Shown in pieces: positions 48,742 through 57,713 of a DNA stretch of 64,000 nt; positions within the stretch are counted from its first letter, which is position 1, and each line of letters starts with the position of its first letter. Position numbers and translations under genes: made by a program. Location: the IMG/VR virus record IMGVR_UViG_3300015360_000023, positions 128,001 to 192,000 of that record; one strand, 5' to 3'. Under the pieces are notes generated by a model, which saw only the letters and a program-made list of their open reading frames with translations, did no database searches and had not been told where the DNA came from. Origin of the DNA: a virus. Lineage: Duplodnaviria; Caudoviricetes.

Positions 48742-49832
48742 AAACTGCAACTCAATTAGTGGAATCCTGTCGAGACTTACTTAAAGGTCTTGAGGATATG
48801 ATTCCCATTAAAAATCATCAGAATAGGTTGGAGGAGATTGATGAACGCTCCAGCAACCCTAACTTTTGGACTAATACTAATGAAGCTACTAAGCTCATGA
48901 AAGAGCGTCAGAAAGTATCTGATATTCTTTCTTTTATGAAGGGTGCCCAGGACCAGGTAGCTTTCTTCGTAGAGGTGTATGACAATATGGCCGAAGAGCT
49001 GGAGGCCATGAAGCCTGAACTATCTCTTTTAGAGTCGTCTATGGCTGATTTTGAGTTCCGTCAGATGCTCAAGGAGCCTATTGATGAGAGCCCCGCCATT
49101 ATGACCATTTCTGCCGGCGCAGGAGGCCTTGAGGCAGCCAATTGGGTTACCATGCTCCTCCGCATGTACTCCCGCTATGCTGATTCTTTTAAATTCAAAG
49201 TAGAGCTATTGGATATGAAGCCTTCTGAGGAACATAGCTCTATTTGTACAGATTCAGTCTCTATCAGGATAGATGGCCCTTATGCTTACGGCTTTCTAAG
49301 GGGCGAGGCCGGTGTCCATCGACTTATCCGCAACTCCCCATTCAATTCAGGCGATGCCCGTCATACCTCCTTTGCAGCCGTAGCCGTCACGCCCGACATT
49401 GAAGATACCATTGAGGTAGTGATAAATGAAAAAGATATTGAGATTACTACTATGCGAGCTTCCGGTGCTGGTGGTCAGAATGTTAACAAAGTAGAGAGTG
49501 CCGTTCGTCTCAAGCACATTCCTACTGGAATCGTCATCAACTCTCGTTCAGAACGAGACCAACATACCAACCGCCGCCTCGCCATGAAGATGCTTAAGGC
49601 GAAGTTGTATGATTTAGAGATGCGAAGGAAGATGACAGAGAAGGAGAAGTATCTGGCTAGCATGCAGGAGAACTCTTTCGGCAACCAAATGCGCACATAC
49701 ACTCTGACGCCCTATCAACTAGTCAAGGATGAAAGAACCGACTACCAGGTAAGGGATGCAGATAATGTACTAGATGGAGACATCCAAGGATTCATTACTT
49801 CTTATTTACATTTTAGAGATAAAATCGTATAA
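48738..49832 (+). CDS. prfB: Peptide chain release factor 2, with no programmed frameshift
   Basis: SPF anticodon-mimic motif (RNSPF), [16 protein letters not shown]; continuous reading frame. Confidence 0.95.
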   Translation: MKTATQLVESCRDLLKGLEDMIPIKNHQNRLEEIDERSSNPNFWTNTNEATKLMKERQKVSDILSFMKGAQDQVAFFVEVYDNMAEELEAMKPELSLLESSMADFEFRQMLKEPIDESPAIMTISAGAGGLEAANWVTMLLRMYSRYADSFKFKVELLDMKPSEEHSSICTDSVSIRIDGPYAYGFLRGEAGVHRLIRNSPFNSGDARHTSFAAVAVTPDIEDTIEVVINEKDIEITTMRASGAGGQNVNKVESAVRLKHIPTGIVINSRSERDQHTNRRLAMKMLKAKLYDLEMRRKMTEKEKYLASMQENSFGNQMRTYTLTPYQLVKDERTDYQVRDADNVLDGDIQGFITSYLHFRDKIV

Positions 49833-49836
49833 ATGG

Positions 49837-50415
49837 ATGAAGCAATTTACCGTCAAAGACTTCATTACATACAACAGCCCTTGTTTTAGTTGTGATGAAA
49901 AAATCTCTTTCAGTATAGTTTCGACGACCCTACAAGGTCCGGCAGATATTGTTCATCTCCGACCAACAGTTAATCCAGATCATATCTCGGTAGATCTAAA
50001 GATTACTTATAACCAAACATTATCTTTAAAGATTCAAAATAAAACTAATGCAATCTTCTATAATGATAATAAAGGTGTAGCTGACTATATTTATAGTCAC
50101 AGGTTATTTCTAACCAGTAGCTGTAATAAGTGTCTTACTAAAATTGAAAGCCAGTTCTTAGAGTTTAACTTATCAAATGGCTATATTAAACCTGTAGGTA
50201 TTGCTAGGGAGTCTCTCATTGTATCAGATGCTACACATAGATATCACGTGTATTCTACGACCATTAGCGATAAGAGTGTAATTACTATGGATAGGATTGA
50301 TAAGCCAATTCCTATCTCTCCAGTCCGCATTGAAACACCACTGCTCCCCTTATATAGGTTTAAGGATCGCCAGCATTTTATTAACAAGATGAAGACATTT
50401 TTGATATTCTCATGA
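49837..50415 (+). CDS. Array member, large subfamily (CFSC ... KMKTFLIFS)
   Basis: ATG 49837; two CxxC; C-terminal module. Confidence 0.8.
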   Translation: MKQFTVKDFITYNSPCFSCDEKISFSIVSTTLQGPADIVHLRPTVNPDHISVDLKITYNQTLSLKIQNKTNAIFYNDNKGVADYIYSHRLFLTSSCNKCLTKIESQFLEFNLSNGYIKPVGIARESLIVSDATHRYHVYSTTISDKSVITMDRIDKPIPISPVRIETPLLPLYRFKDRQHFINKMKTFLIFS

Positions 50416-51089
50416 ATTTATTAGACATTTTATCCTATCGAACCCGCTGTATGATATGTGACCGCAAGCTGGAGATGAAGTCTTTGGATTTGGCCGGCGT
50501 CAACATAACAAGAACTCAAGAAGGCCTTTATGTTGAGGTAGGAAGTAAAGATAAAGATTATGCTGTCTATTTCAAGTATGATGGCTCTTATGAGAGAATG
50601 AAGAAGTGGAATAGTATGTATGTTAGGCCACTATCTATCCTCAAAGAATGTCCTAAATGTATTCCCAAGGTTGACTTGGTGGAAGATGTAGTTTTAACTG
50701 GCATCCCCAAGGCGCCCTCAACCATTATCCTCAAGGCTAGGAGCGTGGGCATGACAACAATGCATGGGGTCATGTCCCAGTTCTTAGTGGATACCACCTT
50801 AAAGTCTCTGAAGGATAAGCGATGCGCTTATACCTTTGACCTGTTTGGGGACGCTGAGGGTAACTTTGACTGCCAGCTAAACTGGGAGGACATTAGTTTC
50901 CACACTAAGAGAGAGTTCCATCAAATCAAGACGAACTTCAAAGAAGACACTACTAGTATCAAGAGCGGCGCTTTTAACGGCACCCTTGATGACATCATTA
51001 GAATGAATGTTCCGGCCGTTAAAACCAACACCATTCCTACTACAGATAAATTGATTGAAAAAATTAAGTTGTATAACTTATTCTCATGA
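50412..51089 (+). CDS. Array member, large subfamily (CMIC ... KIKLYNLFS)
   Basis: Two CxxC; C-terminal module. Confidence 0.8.
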   Translation: MNLLDILSYRTRCMICDRKLEMKSLDLAGVNITRTQEGLYVEVGSKDKDYAVYFKYDGSYERMKKWNSMYVRPLSILKECPKCIPKVDLVEDVVLTGIPKAPSTIILKARSVGMTTMHGVMSQFLVDTTLKSLKDKRCAYTFDLFGDAEGNFDCQLNWEDISFHTKREFHQIKTNFKEDTTSIKSGAFNGTLDDIIRMNVPAVKTNTIPTTDKLIEKIKLYNLFS

Positions 51090-51521
51090 GAATATCTTCA
51101 AATTATCTAATCTTTTCAAATACATAATGATGTCAGTTAGATTTTTCATTCTGATTTTATAATTTGGATTGAGGTTAACCCAATATTGATTTTTGAATAA
51201 CTTACTATCTAGTTTAATATTGCGTAAGACTTTATTTTTGCCGGTGCTAGTAACTTCATAAATGGCAACACGGAAGCCGCCATACTCTCTTAGTAGTTGA
51301 CGGTCTCTATAAGCAGAGAGGGAGGGGAACAAGATTCGTACCTTGTACATTCCTATCTTAATTTGGTTCTCCACAAATGTATAGCTCTCAGAGTCAGGAA
51401 GTTTAGTTACTTCTTGAACCTTAGCCTCACGGAGAGCCCGCTTAATCATGTTCTTAGATACTTTGCCTTTGCTGAAATCTAAGATCGTCCTAAATTCCTG
51501 CTTACCTTTAATCAAACTCAT
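51084..51521 (-). CDS. Inverted array member without a zinc ribbon (ends DNLKIFS)
   Basis: Shares TCATGA with the convergent gene. Confidence 0.75.
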   Translation of the reverse strand: MSLIKGKQEFRTILDFSKGKVSKNMIKRALREAKVQEVTKLPDSESYTFVENQIKIGMYKVRILFPSLSAYRDRQLLREYGGFRVAIYEVTSTGKNKVLRNIKLDSKLFKNQYWVNLNPNYKIRMKNLTDIIMYLKRLDNLKIFS

Positions 51522-51790
51522 CTTTGTAATTCATTCCCTCCGAAGACCATGAAGTTATCAGTTATAACTAGCATTGCGCTCTCGGATATCTCATCATCGT
51601 GTAGCATTCCATAGATAGCTCCACCTACACATAATGCTACGTTATCTACTCTTTCACCATATCTAAAGTAAGTTCCGAAGGCTAACTTGCCCTCTTGTAA
51701 AAGCTCAAGATGGTAGCCGATGTCAGATTTAAGAATTCTCAGAGAGTTGCGCCCGTCGAGGGCGTGTGTTACAATGATTATTGCGTTCAT
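51518..51790 (-). CDS. Hypothetical protein
   Basis: 90 aa; ATGA overlap with 51084-51521. Confidence 0.65.
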   Translation of the reverse strand: MNAIIIVTHALDGRNSLRILKSDIGYHLELLQEGKLAFGTYFRYGERVDNVALCVGGAIYGMLHDDEISESAMLVITDNFMVFGGNELQR

Positions 51791-51804
51791 AATAGGTATA
51801 TAAC

Positions 51805-52125
51805 ATGGATCGTTTCTGTCCCATCTGTAATAAAAAACTCACCGTGCAGCTCATGATTCAGTACAACGATTATTTTTGTAACGCCGCTAAGGACCATCAT
51901 TTTAGTGAGCGCGTGGTTGGTGAGGAGCGTAAGATGGTGAAGTTCCGTGTTAGCTCTGGTAAGCAACGTTTGTACTGTAAGTTTGATTATGGCAACGGCT
52001 ACTCCGAGATTTGGGAAGGCGCGGAGAATGCAAATAGGGTAAGAGTGGAGCAGGTTTTTGAGCCTAATTACTCTAGTGTAGAAGGACTGGTCTCTAAACT
52101 TCGAACCTATCTGGTCTTCTCATGA
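51805..52125 (+). CDS. Array member (CPIC ... KLRTYLVFS)
   Basis: CxxC, CxxxxxH, C-terminal module. Confidence 0.85.
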   Translation: MDRFCPICNKKLTVQLMIQYNDYFCNAAKDHHFSERVVGEERKMVKFRVSSGKQRLYCKFDYGNGYSEIWEGAENANRVRVEQVFEPNYSSVEGLVSKLRTYLVFS

Positions 52126-52460
52126 AGATGCCTTATCACTGTCCATTCTGTAAGGGACCAATGGTAAACTCTTACTACTATTGGAATGATGGTAGTAAGA
52201 ATCTAATAAAGTCTTGTAATAAGAATATTACACATAGCGTTACGTTTACATCTCTAATACGTGATCACGATGAAGTTAATAAGATTACCATTCCATGGGG
52301 GCCTGACTGCTCATTCAGGTGGGCATTACATGCTGAAGAGAAATATAAATTAATCCTTCAACATAAGAAGGGCGAAACCAAGTTACCATTTTTTGAACCA
52401 GATCTATCTAATTATAGGAAGCTTGTCAATAAACTTAAAACCTATTTGGTCTTTTTATGA
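52122..52460 (+). CDS. Array member (CPFC ... KLKTYLVFL)
   Basis: Same architecture; ATGA overlaps. Confidence 0.85.
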   Translation: MKMPYHCPFCKGPMVNSYYYWNDGSKNLIKSCNKNITHSVTFTSLIRDHDEVNKITIPWGPDCSFRWALHAEEKYKLILQHKKGETKLPFFEPDLSNYRKLVNKLKTYLVFL

Positions 52461-52852
52461 CGTGTATGTTCTGTTTAGCTCCACTTACCAGGGTTGCTTC
52501 TCCAGCCGGTGATGATTTACACAAGATAATGGTTTGTCGCGGCTGCCAAGAACCTAACTTCAAAACGTATTGTCGAGAGCTTTACTTAACTAAAACCGAA
52601 ATCAAATTATATGATTCTATTCAAATAGATGAATTCATCATCACACGCCTTTATAGGTCATCCAGAACTGGGCAACCAATAGAGCAAACTAAATTCTATA
52701 AAGATTCTATAGGTCAGATAGATTCACAAGTCGACGCTACCCCTCTAACTTACTATCTACCTATTTGTGAGCTTGATTATCATATCAAGCTGCCCCTCAA
52801 TGACCTTGGCGCCTTCAAGCGCAAACTTAAACTTTGGACCATCTTCAGTTAA
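52457..52852 (+). CDS. Array member (CMFC ... KLKLWTIFS)
   Basis: Two CxxC; terminal Ser encoded by AGT. Confidence 0.85.
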   Translation: MTCMFCLAPLTRVASPAGDDLHKIMVCRGCQEPNFKTYCRELYLTKTEIKLYDSIQIDEFIITRLYRSSRTGQPIEQTKFYKDSIGQIDSQVDATPLTYYLPICELDYHIKLPLNDLGAFKRKLKLWTIFS

Positions 52853-52884
52853 CGTAGTAATTTGTAGGGGTTATATACCCCTAT

Positions 52885-53250
52885 ATGGATGATACGCCTA
52901 CATGTCCAATTTGCGGAAATAAAATGCGCACGGTTAATCTTGATAACAAGTTACTTCATATTATCAAAAAGCAAGCTAATTATGTAGAAAGAACCTGTGT
53001 TAATGGAATGAATCATAGCTTGCGGCTTTTTGCTGATAAAGCTACTGGTCAGGTAGACTTTATCAACCTATCTTTGAATCCTAAGTATTCTAAATACCTA
53101 GAGATAGATTTTATTAACTCAAAATGTCGAATTAATTGCATGAAGGAAGGTAAGCCAGAGTACATTGAAATACCTAAGATGATTATCCCTGATTTCCCTT
53201 TACTAGAGAAACTTAAGGAACGTGTTAACCTCTACGTAGTATTTTCCTAA
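52885..53250 (+). CDS. Array member (CPIC ... RVNLYVVFS)
   Basis: CxxC, CxxxxxH, C-terminal module. Confidence 0.85.
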   Translation: MDDTPTCPICGNKMRTVNLDNKLLHIIKKQANYVERTCVNGMNHSLRLFADKATGQVDFINLSLNPKYSKYLEIDFINSKCRINCMKEGKPEYIEIPKMIIPDFPLLEKLKERVNLYVVFS

Positions 53251-53582
53251 TGTACACACAATGCGTTTTATGTAAAGCAGAGCCATTAGAGCATGTTGAT
53301 AATGGGTGGTTTTATACTAAGCTTTGTGTAGTTTGTGAAGTAGATGGAATGTCTAAGTTTCAAGCTTCTTATCGAAAGAAGGATGATAAGCTAATCTATA
53401 TGGTTTGGTGGATAGAAGATTTCTATATTAAAATAGATTATGTAGAACAAATGACTGAAATATCAAAGATAGATCTCATAATACTTCTAAGTACTTTTCG
53501 ACTGTCTCACACTTTAGAGATTGATCACGAAGATCCCTCAGCCACTGCCCGCCGCCTTCAAGCTCTAATGGCATTTTCATGA
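53250..53582 (+). CDS. Array member (CVLC ... RLQALMAFS)
   Basis: Two CxxC; TAATG overlap. Confidence 0.85.
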   Translation: MYTQCVLCKAEPLEHVDNGWFYTKLCVVCEVDGMSKFQASYRKKDDKLIYMVWWIEDFYIKIDYVEQMTEISKIDLIILLSTFRLSHTLEIDHEDPSATARRLQALMAFS

Positions 53583-53965
53583 CCGTTGACTTTATCTTCT
53601 GCCCATTATGTGGCGCTTCTAAATGGCTAACCGATAAGACAGGATCCTGCTCGACAGGTAAATTAACTAAGTACAATTGCAGCGGCTGCAAAAATTTCAA
53701 ATATGTAAACGTCACCAGATTAGTAAAGCATTCAGTTCTTGTCGGGATTACACAAACGGTTAGATATTCAGTTGAAGCAGTTATCAAGCCTTATAGTGTT
53801 ACTGTCTTCTACTTCTCAGGTATAAATGGCGATGAGCCAGGCTTCACTAACATTAGGTCTGACACCGGAGAATTGCTGGTATCTATTAAGTCAATAATTA
53901 CTTTCAATTGGTATAAAGACGAGTTACTGCTAGACAAGATTAAAAAGTATATATTATTTTCATGA
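53579..53965 (+). CDS. Array member (CPLC ... KIKKYILFS)
   Basis: Two CxxC; ATGA overlaps. Confidence 0.85.
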   Translation: MTVDFIFCPLCGASKWLTDKTGSCSTGKLTKYNCSGCKNFKYVNVTRLVKHSVLVGITQTVRYSVEAVIKPYSVTVFYFSGINGDEPGFTNIRSDTGELLVSIKSIITFNWYKDELLLDKIKKYILFS

Positions 53966-54354
53966 TTTGGGATAAAAAAATCTGTCCAATATGCGATAGT
54001 CCATTAAAAGTAGTTAATGGGTTTGATGAAGAAGACCTTTATCTAATGATGTGCCCAACATCAATAGCAAAAGACATACCAGTGGCCCATTCTACAAATT
54101 TAGCGAGTCATCAAATGACCTATTCTCATTTTGAATTAGAATTTCAAAATCACCAGCCTTCCTATCAAACAGTTAGAGTATACCCATATTGTGTTAAATC
54201 ATATGTTGATGTAAGTAACATTTATATGTATAGAATGATATCCGAACTTAAAATGTACGCTGAGTTCGTTGTCGAAACACCATTCATAGATCTTCCTTGG
54301 AAAGACAAAGAGAAGATTATTGCTAAACTTTCTACCTATACGTTGTTCTCATGA
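53962..54354 (+). CDS. Array member (CPIC ... KLSTYTLFS)
   Basis: CxxC, later C and H; ATGA overlaps. Confidence 0.85.
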   Translation: MIWDKKICPICDSPLKVVNGFDEEDLYLMMCPTSIAKDIPVAHSTNLASHQMTYSHFELEFQNHQPSYQTVRVYPYCVKSYVDVSNIYMYRMISELKMYAEFVVETPFIDLPWKDKEKIIAKLSTYTLFS

Positions 54355-54749
54355 ACTGCCCTATCTGTAATAAAACTATGCTGGAAACTGAAACCGCAGG
54401 CATGATGACCTGCGAACGAACTACTATAAAAGTTCCAGCCATAGATATGGAAGTTGAAAGCGTTCATGCTATCTACTTCTTAAATAAAGAAGGCCAAGCA
54501 ATCATCAAGACTATTGAGGCGCTTCCTTATATCTTCCAGATTCATGATGATCCTAAGTCCATTCGTCAGACTAGAATTTCCAAACTAATTAAAGGATACA
54601 AATACGGGGATAACGTATCAATGATTACTTTTGGAGAACAAAGAATTAATTGTGAACAGCTTATAGTTGTTCCGTCCGTAGTTAATATACAGTGGGATAA
54701 TCCTGAAGCAGTCAAAGAGCGCGTCCAAATGTATATGTTGTTCTCATGA
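54351..54749 (+). CDS. Array member (MNCPIC ... RVQMYMLFS)
   Basis: Same architecture. Confidence 0.85.
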   Translation: MNCPICNKTMLETETAGMMTCERTTIKVPAIDMEVESVHAIYFLNKEGQAIIKTIEALPYIFQIHDDPKSIRQTRISKLIKGYKYGDNVSMITFGEQRINCEQLIVVPSVVNIQWDNPEAVKERVQMYMLFS

Positions 54750-55114
54750 TCTTCTCTACTGATATTTGCCCTATCTGTAAAAGTAAACTAGAGCTACAAA
54801 TTGTAGAGGGCAATTATACTGTTCAGATTAATTACTATTGTAATAACAATGAGGTAGTTAGAAATGAATCAGATACCTTTGCAATATCTAAATCACATTA
54901 CCTGAACAAATGCTATCAGAATGGTAAAATGTGTTTTATGATTCTGCCACCATTTGAATTGTTGCACCATGAAAAGAGTAATAGAACGTTGGTTAAAAGT
55001 GTCAGCGCCCATCAGCCAGAGAAACTAATTTTAGATATTCCCTTACTTGACGCGGACTACGGCAATCCCTATGCTGTGCTCAACCGTTTAAAACTCCTGG
55101 TGACCTTTTCATGA
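54746..55114 (+). CDS. Array member (CPIC ... RLKLLVTFS)
   Basis: Same architecture. Confidence 0.85.
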   Translation: MIFSTDICPICKSKLELQIVEGNYTVQINYYCNNNEVVRNESDTFAISKSHYLNKCYQNGKMCFMILPPFELLHHEKSNRTLVKSVSAHQPEKLILDIPLLDADYGNPYAVLNRLKLLVTFS

Positions 55115-55455
55115 ACAAGTTCGAGACCAATCAGTGCCCCTTGTGTGGTGAAGTTTTGAAGCTCCGCAGAGTTTGCGGCGTCAATGTCTTCTCTTGCCCA
55201 ACCGTAACCCTCAGTAACCACACTCATTATGAGGTGGAAGTGGATGGTCAAACAAGCATCCAACATATGTATGTTGGCTCTTGGAGCATCGATAACTTCG
55301 CCAACTCTTCTAGATCTCGTATCTATAAACAAACTCCTCATCCCAGTGGAACAGGGATTCGATGGAAGTTGATGACGGAAGTGTCACACATCCGTCCCGA
55401 CCTTGAAGCTTCAATGTCAGAGCGCCTGGAAAAACTTATGATGACCTATGAGTGA
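55111..55455 (+). CDS. Array member, variant tail (CPLC ... EKLMMTYE)
   Basis: CxxC; C-terminal helix diverged. Confidence 0.8.
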   Translation: MNKFETNQCPLCGEVLKLRRVCGVNVFSCPTVTLSNHTHYEVEVDGQTSIQHMYVGSWSIDNFANSSRSRIYKQTPHPSGTGIRWKLMTEVSHIRPDLEASMSERLEKLMMTYE

Positions 55456-55834
55456 TAACGATAACTTCCAGAAGCATCACCTACCTAAACCCTGCCAGTT
55501 CTGCCCGAACATGGCGGGTTATCATCCATTGGAAGCAATGGAAAGACATAATGTTAGCGTTTACTTCTGTCATCCTTGCCAGGCCGAATACTTGTTTTTC
55601 CGAGATGGGAGTAGAGCTTCCGTGTCGTTATATACAACCATCAAAGACAAAATGTATCGCTGGACTGTAACCTCCGTTGGTTCGGCTCAGCTATGGCATG
55701 TTAAAGAACCAGGAGTTCCTGGTGTAAAAGTAAATGAAGGAATGTTTACTGTTAAAAGTTTTAGTGGAAACATACCTCAATTGACTCCAGATAATATCAA
55801 TGAGAAGGTAAGAACGTGGCTGCTTTTTCTTTAA
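55448..55834 (+). CDS. Array member (CQFC ... KVRTWLLFL)
   Basis: Two CxxC; QLTPDNINEK pre-terminal motif. Confidence 0.85.
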   Translation: MSDNDNFQKHHLPKPCQFCPNMAGYHPLEAMERHNVSVYFCHPCQAEYLFFRDGSRASVSLYTTIKDKMYRWTVTSVGSAQLWHVKEPGVPGVKVNEGMFTVKSFSGNIPQLTPDNINEKVRTWLLFL

Positions 55835-56235
55835 AGTGCCATTTATGCGGTACCTATTTAAGTGAGTCGTCCCCAATATGGAATGTTGGAGGCAGAAGAC
55901 GTGTAGCTTTTCGATGCCTGGACCAAAAATGTGGCCTCATTAAGGTAGTGAATCGTTCAGTTATCGAAATCATTTTACCAGATGAAGACATAGTATCTTA
56001 TCAATTACTTATCTCATCTGGTGAGAAATGGTATCGTATCTGGGGTAGAGTTAATTCTGAGGAGCCAAATGATACATCTATCTCTAATATGGATGTAGGT
56101 AGGCCAAATGCTACTGGAAAAGAACAGTTTATTATTAATGTTCCTCGTTTTTACCCTCTACACTTAGAAGAAGATCTCTATACTCAAGCACAAGAAATGC
56201 TGAAGAAACTTAAAAATCTTGTAATATTCTCATGA
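55816..56235 (+). CDS. Array member (CHLC ... KLKNLVIFS)
   Basis: GTG start overlapping the previous gene by 19 nt (start uncertain); CxxC; C-terminal module. Confidence 0.75.
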   Translation: MAAFSLKCHLCGTYLSESSPIWNVGGRRRVAFRCLDQKCGLIKVVNRSVIEIILPDEDIVSYQLLISSGEKWYRIWGRVNSEEPNDTSISNMDVGRPNATGKEQFIINVPRFYPLHLEEDLYTQAQEMLKKLKNLVIFS

Positions 56236-56609
56236 ATTGTCCTTTGTGTAATAGAAAGATTGCAGTAGAAATAGATAGCTATGAGCACGCGCCTTCATTC
56301 TATTGTAGCTCTATGATTACGCCAGATCCCCCTGGCAACAATACAATCAGCCATTACGGCAAGAGTTATTTATTTCACGGCGGATATGAAGAGGAGGCCA
56401 TCGTCCTACCTTACAAGATAGTAAACTACTTCGTTAATACTGATTACAAAAAACCCAGAAGCGAAATACATAAGTACCAACTTAAGGATATTCAATATTT
56501 TGGTAAGCGTTGGACCTGGGTAAAGATTATGGATCTTCCATATATTCTTGAGATCCTTCAGTACAAAAAGATGCGAAATAGACTTAAAAACATATTATTG
56601 TTCTCATGA
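56232..56609 (+). CDS. Array member (MNCPLC ... RLKNILLFS)
   Basis: Same architecture. Confidence 0.85.
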   Translation: MNCPLCNRKIAVEIDSYEHAPSFYCSSMITPDPPGNNTISHYGKSYLFHGGYEEEAIVLPYKIVNYFVNTDYKKPRSEIHKYQLKDIQYFGKRWTWVKIMDLPYILEILQYKKMRNRLKNILLFS

Positions 56610-56968
56610 AAAACTGTCCTCTTTGTGATAAATTGTTGGTCAAACAGTCTACCGTAGATGCGTGCGGATATGAGCCAGCTATCTATTGTCCAGAAGAGAT
56701 AACTCAAATAGGTGATAACCGAAAAGCTAATCACTATCGAGAAGACCCCGAGCTGAATACAGTTACCATGTATGTCGGCTCTTTTCGCATTTTAACTAAG
56801 GATGGCACTTCCAAGGTCGGAACTAGAATGCAGTACAAGACCAGACGAGGCCTTAGAACAACCCGAGGCCGCTGGCGATATAAGACTCTAATCGAAGTCC
56901 CCATCATCCATCCCGATACAGAAGAGAGGCTGTATTCGAGGATTAAACTATTGCTATTACTATCATGA
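56606..56968 (+). CDS. Array member (CPLC ... RIKLLLLLS)
   Basis: Same architecture, variant tail. Confidence 0.85.
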   Translation: MKNCPLCDKLLVKQSTVDACGYEPAIYCPEEITQIGDNRKANHYREDPELNTVTMYVGSFRILTKDGTSKVGTRMQYKTRRGLRTTRGRWRYKTLIEVPIIHPDTEERLYSRIKLLLLLS

Positions 56969-57315
56969 CCAATTGTTATTACTGTCAGAAGCCAAGCAGA
57001 TATACAATGGATGAGATGACCCGCATCTATTATTGGCAATGCGATTGGCATGGTGCCGTTAGAGTAAGGCAAACCGAAATGCTAACCGATAGTGGAGCCT
57101 TCAATGTCTCCTTAGTTGTCCTATACAAAGACGCGACCTACAGCGCAACTTTCTTTCGCAATTACGATGTCTTAGCCGGTCTTCCTAAGTTCCGCATCGA
57201 TAAGATTAACCGCCGCCCCAAGACCTCAGAGATTATTCTCGTTCTAGATTTTCATCCAGATATTACTCCAGAGAATATCGCAGCTAAACTACCAACCTAT
57301 ATTCTATTTTCATGA
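56965..57315 (+). CDS. Array member (CYYC ... KLPTYILFS)
   Basis: CxxC, CxxH; PDITPEN pre-terminal motif. Confidence 0.85.
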   Translation: MTNCYYCQKPSRYTMDEMTRIYYWQCDWHGAVRVRQTEMLTDSGAFNVSLVVLYKDATYSATFFRNYDVLAGLPKFRIDKINRRPKTSEIILVLDFHPDITPENIAAKLPTYILFS

Positions 57316-57713
57316 CAAATACTCTTTATATTGAAGAGGCACCAGCCACTATCCCCTGCTGGTATTGCGGTGAGACCTGTTATCCCACTACAGAACCCTT
57401 TGCAGATCGTCATGCCACAGAGTATCGCTGCCTAAGACACGAACCATTAGATGTTATGTTCCGTTGCGTTAAACATGATATCCCGTCTCCCAATGTATTT
57501 TTCAATACCGTTAGAATTACACTAAAAGATATGAGATTGGACCATAACTTCTATGCTGGTCCAAGAGCTTACCTAGAATGGTATAGGCCCGCCAAAGATA
57601 GATGCTGGGGAGGAGAATGGCGCCAAGTCAAAGTCTTTCCAGTTGATGTTATGATCAATACCGATCTTCATCAAGTATATTCATTACTTAATCTCTATAA
57701 GGTATGGTCATGA
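57312..57713 (+). CDS. Array member (CWYC ... LYKVWS)
   Basis: CxxC, CxxH; variant tail. Confidence 0.8.
   Translation: MTNTLYIEEAPATIPCWYCGETCYPTTEPFADRHATEYRCLRHEPLDVMFRCVKHDIPSPNVFFNTVRITLKDMRLDHNFYAGPRAYLEWYRPAKDRCWGGEWRQVKVFPVDVMINTDLHQVYSLLNLYKVWS

Noticed and set aside
48775-48800. CTT GAG in prfB as a repaired CTT-TGA frameshift site
   Set aside because: Aligning on RLEE places the E. coli frameshift position about four codons downstream (at Ile-Pro), so the resemblance is probably coincidental.
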